NCBI RefSeq assembly: GCF_037042905.1
Contig: NC_087246.1
Span: 10,046,001 to 10,110,000, forward strand
Direction: 5' to 3'
Origin: Lytechinus pictus
Lineage: Eukaryota
DNA length: 64,000 nucleotides
This document shows positions 12,251-23,749 of this stretch, piece by piece. Position 1 is the first letter of the stretch, and every line of letters begins with the position of its first letter. The position numbers and the translations under genes are program-made. The notes under the pieces were generated by a model. The model did not search any database. It saw nothing but the letters and a program-made list of their open reading frames with translations, and was not told the origin of the DNA.

Positions 12251-13892
12251 ATATGTTGATGGTTGCGTTATCGACTTTCAATATTGCTACCTGCGAAGGT
12301 GTCTTTTTAACGTTTTATCTATTTACCTGATTTTTTTCCCTGATATTAAACCCAAAATATAAAAAAAAAATCAGATCAGTTGGGATCAGAGATATTCAGC
12401 ATTTGTGATTATTATGTCTAATCGTTTCCTTTCACGAATGTTCAATTGTTCTATGAAAACTTAGTATGAGGGCCAGTTTACATATTTTCTGATGCATATA
12501 TGCATAGCCAAACGGGAGGTTTGGGCCAGAAGCCCCCCTCCCCCCCCCCCATTTTTCATGATGCAGAAGGCACCGCTAAATAAAACAAAAAAGATGGAAA
12601 AGGAAGAAAAAGGAAAAAGAGGAAAGTGAGAGAGAGAAAAGGAGATAGAGCATATAAAAGAGAAAGAGAAAGTTATTAACATAAAATAAAGTAGAAAATA
12701 TTTCGAAAACATGCGCCACCGACCAAGACTTACAATGGGTCCCGCTTGATTTTAACATCGATACCGGAGAGAAGGGGGGATTTTCCAGGGGTAATTGTCC
12801 CGGGGGGTGATTGTCCTTGGGGTTAATTGTCCGGGGGTAATTGTCCTTGGGGGAAATTGTCCGGGGAGTGATCGTCCTAGGGGGTAATTGTCCGGGGGGT
12901 AATTTTCCTTGGGGGGGGGTAATTGTCCTCAGGGGGTAATTGTCCGGGGGGCAATTGTCCGGGGGGTAATTGTCCTTGGGGGGTAATTGTCAGGGGGGTA
13001 GAGTTATGATGGTAATTCAACAAATGCCCCCACGTTGGCCAAAGTTCATTGACCCTAAATGACCTTTGACCTTAGTCATGTGACCTGAAACTTGCACAGG
13101 ATGTTCAGTGATACTTGATTACTCTTATGTCCAAGTTTCATTAATCAGATCCATTAACTTTCAAAGTTATGATGGTAATTCAACAGATACCCCCAATTTG
13201 GCCAAAGTTCATTGACCCTAAATGACCTTTGACCTTGGTCATGTGACGTGAAACTCAAGCAGGATGTTCAGTAATACTTGATTAACCTTATGGCAAAGTT
13301 TCATGAACTAGGTCCATATACTTTCTAAGTTATGCTGTCATTTCAAAAACTTAACCTTACGTTAAGATTTTGATGTTGATTCCCCCAACATGGTCTAAGT
13401 TTATTGACCCTAAATGACCTTTGACCTTGGTCATGTGACATGAAACTCAGGCAGGATGTTCAGTAATACATGTACTTGATTAACCTTATGGCCAAGTTTC
13501 ATGAACTAGGTCCATATACTTTCTAAGTTATGCTGTCATTTCAAAAACTTAAGGTTAAGATTTGGTGTTAGGTAACTTCCTCATCTTCCTCAAAGATTAA
13601 AATGGTAATATATCCTCAAAAGCTTGGAATATGTAAGAATATGCAAATGAAAAAGTTGTTTTGATGTCACACACTAGATACCTTATTATTGTTATTACCC
13701 GAATTATGACATATTTCAATTTTCACCCTTCTGATGTTAATTATTGTTCGACTGCTCTGTGAATGTGTGACATCTCTAATGAATACTAGTACGAGTCAGT
13801 CTCTTTAACTGACAAAAAAATCATCACTAGCTTCCCCTCTTCTCACCACAATGTCTACCAGGCACTCTCAAGCCTATATCAGCTCTTACATA

Positions 13893-14370
13893 AGGTGGTT
13901 TCAAACCGCCTCGATCACAAGAATCCCCGTTAAATTACGAGAACTTTTTTAGGCTGAAAAATACCCATTAATTATTCCTGCATTCACACCGCCCTGAAAC
14001 ATACCCTTCGGGATAAGTTCCTGAAGTTACGAGCATGCGCAGTATGATCTGATAAGCAGCAAGGCGCGAAATTCAAAATCACTAGCCCAGCAGCAACCCA
14101 TGCACGGCGCCGCACCCAACGACACGCTGGGCTAAAAGTTCCCGTAATTTGCTTTCAGACCGCCAAAATACCCACGACCTTGGAAAAATCCCCGCGAAAG
14201 TTCTCGTAATTTCGCCAAGTACCTACTATTTATCGGGTATTTTCTTTCGGGGATATTACGTGTAGTTTGCTTTCACACCGCCAAAATACCTGGTATTTTC
14301 TGATCGGGGTAAATTTCCCGATCAGAGAATAGCTGGAACTGGCGAACTTCGAGGCGGTCTGAAACCACCT
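13893..14370. mobile_element. MITE (aggtggtttca TIR; PIF/Harbinger-like)
   Basis: TIRs aggtggtttcaaaccgcctcga / tcgaggcggtctgaaaccacct. A partial second copy lies at 53042-53315. Confidence 0.85.
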
Positions 14371-16060
14371 ATTGAGTATATCAACAGATAACTATTTAAT
14401 TAAATGCACTCTCCATCATAACAATGAACAGAAAGTAAAGTATGGGATAGTTTTGAGAGTCAATGGTACTTAATTACACATTATTTACATTAATTGCTAA
14501 TATACATGTCACATTCACTTCCCGCTCACCATATTCCAGTTTCATATTATCCATCACCTGCTCACTTAGACCATAAGGAAATAAAAGATATCCTCATCTA
14601 GAAAATGACATTATATTGAATGATTTTAAGTTTAAAAATCATTGCCCAGTGCCTCTAATAGCTATACATATCACTATATTAGTCCAGTGGACTTAAAATT
14701 GTAATGATTAGACTTTCTCTTGAAATCATTACTCTTTGCAATCACTCAAGTTTGGTTTCAACAGAAAACAAAATGTTGGTAATAGGTAAAGATAGTGATT
14801 TATGATGTATATCTAAAATTTCTTTGACCACTTCTGAACTCCTTCTGTCATTTATGTACCCATTTTCAAGTCTGTAAACTGTGTAAAAGGATAACACATT
14901 TTGTGTATTTATATTTCATCTGCCATTAAGAATTTACTCTAAACAGATCAGATTTAGAAAATAATAATTTCAATTACTTCCCCTTACAAAATAACTATTT
15001 GAAGGGGGATTATTTGATAATTAAAATAAATGGCACAAACATAACAAAATCAAAAAAAAAAATTCTCTCTTATCAATATGGTTTCAACTTGGAGATAATA
15101 AAGAAAGTATCCTTTCATAATTTGAGTAACTTCCTTAACAATCTCTATTCAAGGAGCCAATCAATTAAAGAATACCAAACAAAAAATCTGAACAACAATA
15201 TTTTATTTACACATAGCAGCCACTTCAACTATGAATAACTGCCACAAATCAGTAAGCCTTGCATCATGGAAGATAATCAGTACCCTTCTGTATTCACGCA
15301 ATACACCTGGCTACAAAGTAGACAGTCCATCTATTACAATACAAAGCCAAATTGAGATCAGTGCTGCAGACCAAAATAAATTACAACCATTCTTCTTCTT
15401 TTTTTCATTGAAAAAAAATGTCAGCCTTAAGTCTCTCGATCGGACTAAAAACTCTGTTCATTCCAAACAGATCTGACTTTAAAATATGTCAAAAACAGTT
15501 GGAAACAGTTAGATAAATAAAGTGAAATCATTGCTGCTTGTTTTCCTTTTGAAAACCATCAAGTATCCTGATGAAATGTATGAAACCCAAATGAAAAGTA
15601 AACACTTATTTTATTCTTTGCTTGTATAACAATTCATTACAAGTGTTCTCTGTTTCCCTTTTTGCTCTTAAAATAGTGGGTATAGGCCTACTCATGAATT
15701 TATTGAACCCTTAATAAGGAAGTGATCACTCTGTAAATAATGAATTTACATTAATGAGCAAAAACAATATCTTTCATGTCCCTTCTCTTTGTTTCAGGTA
15801 TACAATAGGGTAAAAGTGATCACAAAGTATTCAAGGGAGAACACAGATTAACACAATTCAAAATAAAGTGTCTGCAGAAGATCATTCAACTATTCAAGCA
15901 ATTTATAATCAAAGTTTTTTTTTCTAATTTTAAGACACACATAAAAACCTTGAATTTTTTTTCATGTTTGTGTTTGGAAAGATTGAAAAAAGCATTGAGC
16001 AGACTGTGTCTAAAGAAAACCAAAATCTGGTGAGAGTAATAATGGTCACTCAAATACATA

Positions 16061-16371
16061 GGCCCGTATTCTGAAGTCGGGATTAACTTAAACTCAGGTT
16101 TAAAGTTGTGGTTTAAGTATGGATAGCCAATTTTTTTATAAATCAATTACAGTAGAGATATCATATTTCAGCTAATTTGGCCGTAAAATCATTCATAATT
16201 GTCTAGGAAGTATAAATAAATGATTGTCTTCACCATCGATGAATCAGGAAAGAGCAGAGTAAACATAAGAAACATATAATTTAATAAAAATTTTGGCACT
16301 TTTGGCTTCCCATAATTTTAGCACAGAATAATAAAATGGTCTAAGTTAAACCTGACTTCAGAATACGGGCC
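16061..16371. mobile_element. MITE with 3-bp ATA TSD
   Basis: TIRs ggcccgtattctgaagtc / gacttcagaatacgggcc. ATA at 16058-16060 and 16372-16374. Confidence 0.9.
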
Positions 16372-16494
16372 ATAATCTGTTTATTTGCGGAGCACTAACA
16401 TCAGAATTTCTATCAAAATATCACTACTTACTAGCATGAAATACGACCTGGGTGATATTCCATGAAGAGGACTTTGAAGTTACGCATGACTTAA

Positions 16495-16889
16495 AGAGAA
16501 ATTCCAGTAGTTGCAGTAAACACTGATTTCATTAGAAAGTCTGTAAAACCAGGCTTAATTGTCAGTATATCATCGAGGATCTAGATCTGGTACAGTTACA
16601 TAAACTGAACTTTGTGAAATCTTGAAATCTACGCTGAAAAATTTTGAGACTGAACTTCCCCAACACAGATAAGCGCACGTGGGACAGTGTATAATTATTG
16701 CTTTGAGCGTTGGGCACGACGCTCTACCCGAATCCTGTGCTTATTTGCTGATTTCTCAGCAATTACACAATTTCTTCCAGAATCCTTTGGCACATGCGTT
16801 TTATTTATACAAACAGACACTTTGGTGGTCATTTCATTGGATTCTGTACAAACTCATTTTGATATCATTACCAAAACTAGCATTTACCT
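16495..16889. mobile_element. MITE family B, TTAA-flanked, Kolobok-like; copy 2
   Basis: TTAA at 16491-16494 and 16890-16893. Homologous to 5397-5789. Confidence 0.85.
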
Positions 16890-19800
16890 TTAATGAACAA
16901 CTTTACACATGACTGGAATGGCCTACTGTATATATCTTTTAGCATGATATTTTGATTGACTATTGAGCATTGTTACAACATGTAGTTACCACTGCATGGC
17001 AAGGTTACTATAATAGTAAATCTTATAAAATGGGGAACTGATAACAATGAAAGGAATCAACATTCCTAAACCACAGTGGTTCTATTTGATTAAATCATTT
17101 ACAACAACAGTAACACACAGTGGGGTCTGAGTGAAAGACTAGGAAACTTTTTTTTAGTGTGGAAGAAAACGAGATCTGTAGTCCTGTCATCAAGCCAGCA
17201 GCACAGCTACCGACCAAGCCAAATTGGTTGCTACATTTATAGTGCACCCATCAAGCAGGTGACTTCCTATTGCACTTCTATATTTTGGAGGGGCTTGGGA
17301 GACCGATGCTCGCAGTCCAGACGATGCTCTGCGGTGGGAGGGGTAACATGTTGAATCAAGAAACACTCTCTTGGACACTATTCTGATTTGAGCTTGTGTA
17401 TTGGAGCATTGCCATACTTTGGAAAAGTTCTTAAGATATAATATGTGTTGGATTTTTATCTGAAGAATTTGGAACCTCTTACATTTGCAGGTTAGTAATA
17501 TTCAGTAAACATAAATATATCCCATCGCAAGTTATAACAAAATTTGCATATTACTCCCATTCTGAAATGTCATTTTTCATTAATTAAATCAACCTTCATT
17601 AAGATTGTGATTAATATTTTCATTCATTATTCCATAAAGTTGTTTTTCATGTATGCTTTTGTAATTGACATTTGGTACAAAATACATTTTATGGGATTTA
17701 AGTGACTTCGCTTTCTATTTTGACCATTAATTCAACTAATACATCACTGTTTTAACTATTCTACCATGATTATTCACATTTTACTTTATATCCCCCCCCC
17801 CAAAAAAAAAAAAAACACATGTAGGCCTATACTCTTCTAAAAACAACTGCACAGTAAATATCTACATTTTATTTTTTTGGTAAAATGTGTCACTGACAAC
17901 ATTATTTAACTAGGATATATATTCTGACAGAAAAGGGGAAACTTTTCCCAAATCTCCATGAAAACATTATAAACATGATGAAAGTCAGGAATAGTTGAAT
18001 TTGTCTCCTAACCCTCTAGCCAAAAAATAAAATCAGTTTAGCTCTAATGAAATTATATCCACACATTTACAGATAGATGTACATGACACCTTTTCAAATT
18101 CAACTTTACATTCCACAAGGTCAGATAAAACCTTTGCCGTTTTTTCTCAACAAATTTCTTTCAAGATTACATTTTTATTTTCATTTCGGTTATCCACTGT
18201 TCAAAATATAAAGACATCACCTTGTAAAGGCTTGAGTCTATTCACAGTAAAAGAGACATTCAATGTGCTTGAGATAAATTGAGTTGAAAAACATATTAAA
18301 TCTCTATTTATATGGTAAATCTTGTATTGTTTGAATTAACTATGATTTGCATTTCATGTCTAATGGGGCTATGGGGTCAACTTGCAATAAAAACTAAATT
18401 TGTCTTAACTCTTTGTGCGCTGGGCCACGAACCCCTCTGTGCTGAATTCTTTTCAGGGAGGGAAACAATGCATTGTTTGCTTGAGCGTGAAATGCGAAGT
18501 TCGCATGGCACCAAGTGTGCATACGTGCGAAGTACGCATGGTAAGGGTTAATATCCTTCCACTCTCTGTACTCAAAATCATCCATTCCTCCCTTCCCAAA
18601 GACTTTTTAACAGATGATCTTTCAGAATTTTACCTCAAACTTCCCATTCATTAAATTAATCACTTACTAAAAACAATATATTCTAGTATTGTGACCTTGT
18701 AGTGTGACATCCTCTGCCAATTAACAATGTTCTTTCTCCTTCAAGTTCCCCCCAAGATCAATTAGGGGATCAACCGCACCTTCCAGTGTCATCTCTTGTA
18801 AAGTTCATCCCATTCATAATTCATGCTATAGAACCTTTGTCGAATCACTGTTTTTCACACTACTGGAATTCTCTCATTTTTATTCGATGTTATACATTCA
18901 ACTTTGTTGGGGTTTTCAATAAAAAAAACTTTATTTTATTACAAGAGTAATAACCCAGACTATGATTCCACTGGCAAAAGGATTATTTTTACTCTGATTT
19001 GATTTCTTGGTATCAACTAGAATCACAATCTATGTGCTAAAAAAAACCCAAACATTTAACCAGGCCTCATTTGTTCATTGATCGATGTTGATGGTATAGA
19101 AATCAGGAGGAATTGTCCATTGTAATAGGGATCCATCTGTCAATAAGGAATTTTAGATTTCAATGGGAAGGAATTGGAAGGAACGTGCTCTCTTTGCCCT
19201 TTCCTCCACTGGGATGTAAAGGGTACAGACAATGTCTACCTGTATCTGTTAATTCCCTTGCTTCAGATACATCCTTTATTCAATTACTCAATCACCTTAA
19301 TCATGGAATGGAGGAATGAAATAGAGGGAAAGAGGGATGTGAATCAAAGAAGCAGAGGATGCTCAGAAGATGAAGGAAATAAAAAAAAGATAGGATTTGA
19401 AGAGTAAGGAGTTGAATATCAAATATATGTATGACACTGGAAAGAAGAGGGAGGGAGTGGGGGAGAGAGAATGATATATGGGAAGGGGAAAAATAGAAGA
19501 AAACATAAGAAAGGGAAAAGAGAGTAAGAAAAATAGAGAGACAGGAAAAGATTAGGGATTATAATACATTTTATTATACATTTTTAAAAGAAAATAGGCA
19601 GATAATAAGGGGATATGGAGTGAAGAAATAGGGGGAGATTGGTCATGGTTGTAGACTTGGAAAAGAGGGGGGAAAGAGAGTTGAGTAACAACAAAATAAA
19701 AGGCAGTGAATAGTTTGAGAAAGACAGAGATAGAGAGAGGGGAAGAATCAGAGGAGAAATATCAAGGCTAAAAGTAATTACTTGTAAGATAAATCTAAAG

Positions 19801-20225
19801 GAAGGAATGAAAATCAATTTATAAATACTCCTCCCTACAGCATAGCAAGAGTCTGAATCTAAGCGGAAGTTTCCTCACTCCTAATGAAGTCAATTACGAA
19901 TGTGTGTTTATCGCCATGCATTCTGGCAGCTAGACACACATGGCCCCTGGTTTTCAAATCTTATCTCTGATTACCTGGAGCAAAACTTGGCCTTGCCAGA
20001 GTTTTTAAAGTGTAAATGCCCATAACAGTTGTGATTTGTTAATGAAACTTCCAGACAGAAAAATACATCTTCACAATGCAAATAATTCAAGGTCCACTGC
20101 CAGTAATTAATTTTCAGTATGAACTTTTCTCCATATTTGAATTTTTTTTTAAATTCACAACTGTATTTTGTTATTTTGAAACTTATGAACAATCTACTTT
20201 ATTCATTTTTTGAGAATAATAAAAC

Positions 20226-20242
20226 ATTTTGTTATTTCACAG
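20226..20242 (+). promoter_or_regulatory. Putative splice acceptor of the GPCR1 coding exon (5' UTR intron)
   Basis: Pyrimidine-rich attttgttatttcacAG, 62 nt upstream of the ATG. The paralog has an analogous acceptor. Confidence 0.5.
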
Positions 20243-20304
20243 CCCTTCCAAGATTTATCTTAATTGCCAATGGATCAGAGGGAAGGATTGCTTTGAACTG
20301 AACA

Positions 20305-21486
20305 ATGGCTACAGATTCTTATTTGACGAACCCACCTGCCTGGGACGATGGGAGTCATATACATGGCATTAACAATTATGCAGAGCGTGCTTTTTTGGCT
20401 ATTCTCTACTGCATCATCGGTATGGTGGGTATCGTTGGAAATCTCTTTGTGATGGCCGCCGTTCTCTTATCCAGGAAGCTCCAGACTGCTACAAACGTCT
20501 TCATCATCAGCCTGAGTGTGACAGATTTATTGGTCTCCATTGTCCAGCCTTTCCAGGCCGTTGGGTTGCTTGGCCCGAAAGGCTGGCCACTGCATCCTGT
20601 CATCTGCGCCATCGCGGGGTCAATCGTGGTGACTGCAGTTAGCTGCAGTGTGTTGACCCTGGCCCTAATTGCAATCAACCGTTACATCTTAATCACAAGA
20701 TCTCGGAAGGATTACAGACGGATATACACACCATCCAAGATGGCCCTGATGGTCATTCTCTCGTGGATGTACCCTATAGTAACATTGGTCGTACCTCAAG
20801 CCGCAGGTCATGGGAAACTAGGTTTTGATATCAACTCCAGACTATGTGCATGGGACTTCATGCATCCAATAGCTTATGTCTACCAGATTCTAGCTGGTAT
20901 TCTTTCAATGATGTCTTTCATGTTGATTGTCATGAGTTACACATTCATTTACAGACATGTCAGGGAGCATGTTCGGAACACCATGGCAACAGCAAGCAAA
21001 GCAAAGCTATCCCCATCAAAGCCATCACCAAACAAGTCTTCCGAAACAGAAAAGGTTCCACCTGCTAAAAAGGAACCAGGACAAAAGAAAGTGCACAAGC
21101 CAACAAGACTTGACATCACAATCACTAAGAACCTCTTGTATGTCATCTGCGGATTCTTCATGTGCGTCTTGCCGTACACCGTCCTCCTCTTTGCAACGAC
21201 TTTCGTCAAAAGTCCAGGTCTAATCTCACACGTGTCGTCCTACTTGGCTCTGGTTCTCGTCTTTGATAGTTGTCTGAATCCCATCATCTACGCCTTAAAA
21301 CATCCAAACTTCAAGATTGTCTTTGGATGCATGGTGCGCTGTGAATTTTCTCGCATACCAGAACCGTCCAGATTCCTACGGAGATTTTTGAGTAGTTCTA
21401 CATTAACTGATAGCGACAATGAAGCAAGATCAAGACAGTCAAATACAGAGACAAGTGTGTCTGGCATGCACACATCATCATGTTGA
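20305..21486 (+). CDS. Rhodopsin-class (class A) G-protein-coupled receptor, 393 aa, single coding exon (GPR84/moody/melatonin-receptor-like orphan type)
   Basis: Seven hydrophobic segments. Motifs GIVGN (TM1), LSVTDLL (TM2), C3.25, AINRY (TM3), W4.50, CVLPY (TM6), LNPIIY (TM7) and helix 8 HPNF. In-frame stop just upstream of the ATG. Confidence 0.95.
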   Translation: MATDSYLTNPPAWDDGSHIHGINNYAERAFLAILYCIIGMVGIVGNLFVMAAVLLSRKLQTATNVFIISLSVTDLLVSIVQPFQAVGLLGPKGWPLHPVICAIAGSIVVTAVSCSVLTLALIAINRYILITRSRKDYRRIYTPSKMALMVILSWMYPIVTLVVPQAAGHGKLGFDINSRLCAWDFMHPIAYVYQILAGILSMMSFMLIVMSYTFIYRHVREHVRNTMATASKAKLSPSKPSPNKSSETEKVPPAKKEPGQKKVHKPTRLDITITKNLLYVICGFFMCVLPYTVLLFATTFVKSPGLISHVSSYLALVLVFDSCLNPIIYALKHPNFKIVFGCMVRCEFSRIPEPSRFLRRFLSSSTLTDSDNEARSRQSNTETSVSGMHTSSC

Positions 21487-23662
21487 ATGAACTTATAATC
21501 TGTTAAGAGATATTGACTTGACTTATGAGTAATAAGACCTTACAATATTTTTCTTCACATCTGTCTCTTTAATGCTCTGACAATTTTCACCTTAAAAATC
21601 ATTTGGATCAAACATAATTTTTTCATACAATAATTGGACTGATTTGTGAAAACCTATCTCTCATGGATAATTCAATTCACAATCTCTAGTCTGATAAACA
21701 GTTGGAATTACTAAACATTTCAAGAAAAGAAATATAAATTATATACAGTGGAAATATGTTTACTTGCACTTCATGTAATTGTATACCAAGTAATGATTAT
21801 TAAGTTTCTTTACTTAATGTCCTGCAGTTAACAATGTTGCAAATAACTATTAGTATAATCTACATTTTTATCACTGGAATTCTTGATCATTTTTTGAAGA
21901 AAAGGGGTTCTTATTAGGCAAACTTGTCAAGTACGGATTATCCATATACCAAACTACATATTATTTTGTCAAGCATATTTACATCTTATAATCTTGCAAT
22001 AAAATGCAAGTCATGAAACTGAGGTATGAATATTAATGCACCCATGCGTGTCCATGTTCTTCCTGTTTCATACAATGGGGTTGAGAGTTCTTTGTGGTGA
22101 GAGCATTTCCCCTTCAACTTGACAGTTGCCCCCACTCCTTAAAGAATGGAAATATTAAAAAAAGAATGTGGTTTAGGACCAGAATAGAAAATGGATGATG
22201 TCACCCGTCTTGAAGCGAGACCTGCTGGAAAGGAAACCAATGAAATGATGGCTGGTGATGGATGTCTCAAGGGGCTACTGAACACACTCTAAATGGGTGT
22301 GTTCATACATATAACTGAAAACTAAATAATGACAAATATCTTTCATATATAATCTTAACCACACCTTGGGAAAAAACATGCTTTTGATTTGTTTGTTTGT
22401 TTTTTTCAAATTTTACTGGTCAAGGTAATTTGACATAATCATCTGGAGTATAGTTTGAATCATTGGGTCAATTGCTTTTCAAGTTCAATTGTTGTGTTCA
22501 GACTTAGTTTAAGCACTAATTAAAATAAAATTGAGATGGGTTGTGACCACTCACTAAATGCTACAATTCAAAATAAAATAGCAAATTGAAAAAGGATCAA
22601 TTCCTATGTTAGCATAACATAAAATGTAAAACTTTCTCCAAATAATTTTCATGAATGACAAATATCTGAATTGATATGAATTTTGTAGCATTTAAAAGAG
22701 TTACAATATTGCTAAAACTTTTGTAAGAAATACTTTGTAGAAATTGCTATTGGGGACAAATAGCATTTGAGAATCAAGCAATATACATGATTTGTCATAA
22801 TTTGGGAACAAGGAAAACCCTCATCCAGTCATCCCCTTCTCCTTCCACAAAAAGAAAAAAAAATCACTTAAAAAATAAAGTCTGAAGTTGTGGTAAAACC
22901 TGCCTTGGTATTAGAGTGTCTTATAATCAACACATTGATTGATTTTCAGGGGGGGGGGTAGTCTGTCAATGCTATTGTGACTGATTTTGCAACACACACA
23001 AATTCCAAAATCAATATTTCCTTACACACCCCTGGGATAGTGTCAAATAACAGAACATACATGTTTCCTGTTATTACAGAAATACTACAATTACAGGATT
23101 TTTTTTTAATGCATGTATCCAGATGTTTTAAATAAGAAATTAGGGTCAGAATATTGATTCAAATTAGAACTCATGATCAAACCAATGCATAGAGATTCTG
23201 CATGGAACTAAGATTTTAAAATCAATTTTCAGTCACACTTAAATCTTTGTGAACCACCCACCACACCTTTACACCATATTTTGCAATAATATGAAGCTGA
23301 GATTTTCCAACAGATACAAAGACCTTTTTTCCTGAACAAAAAAAATCAATAATAAATACTTGATGAATTTATGTTTCTAACCTTTGACATGTTATTTCTC
23401 CTGCCTCCAAACCAATTCCACAGTAACAGAAGATAATTGGGTTTAAATTAAAAAAGTTTCAACAAGCCTAGAACAGGAAACATTTGTAATCAAAGATCGG
23501 AGAGCACACTTCCTGGTATATTTGTTCCAGATAATCAAGAGAAACCTTTAAACTGATAAATTAGTGATTTTCGGGGAAAGTTGCTTAAAAGACAGAAAAC
23601 AGATAATCAACAAATGTTTTTACAGTCACTGATGCAAAAATGTTAAAAGCTCGTGAACTTGT

Positions 23663-23749
23663 AAGCTAGTGAACACTTTTTGCGAGAGTGATCACGAATT
23701 TCCTAGAAAGCCAGTGAACACTTTTTGCGAGAGTGATCACGAATTTCCT
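23663..23749. repeat. 45-bp tandem duplication (2 copies)
   Basis: aagc(t/c)agtgaacactttttgcgagagtgatcacgaatttcct at 23663 and 23708. Confidence 0.85.

Larger units (their letters stand above)
6586..13001. mobile_element. Foldback-type element (~6.4 kb) with terminal arrays of ~15-bp tandem repeats in inverted orientation (TU-like)
   Basis: About 12 copies of ggacaattacccc(c) at 6590-6770 and about 13 copies of ggggtaattgtcc at 12780-13001. It interrupts the HINE tandem array. No ORF inside. Confidence 0.75.
5887..13569 (-). mobile_element. Helentron/DINE-like (HINE) element with ~120-bp internal tandem repeats, split by a 6.4-kb insertion; right end truncated
   Basis: Starts acaagtggaatgcctctggcggtctcacctgcat as in the copies at 52011 and 60756. 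Tandem units (tgacctttgaccttggtcatgtgacctgaaact...) run to ~6576 and resume at 13002. Confidence 0.75.

Noticed and set aside
19440..19810. Purine-rich tract upstream of GPCR1 (also T-rich 63040-63210)
   Set aside because: Ordinary low-complexity sequence. The hydrophobic ORFs there are compositional artefacts.
20305..21486. Opsin or true melatonin receptor assignment
   Set aside because: There is no retinal-binding Lys at 7.43, and it lacks the NAxxY and CWAP motifs of vertebrate melatonin receptors. No gene symbol is justified.
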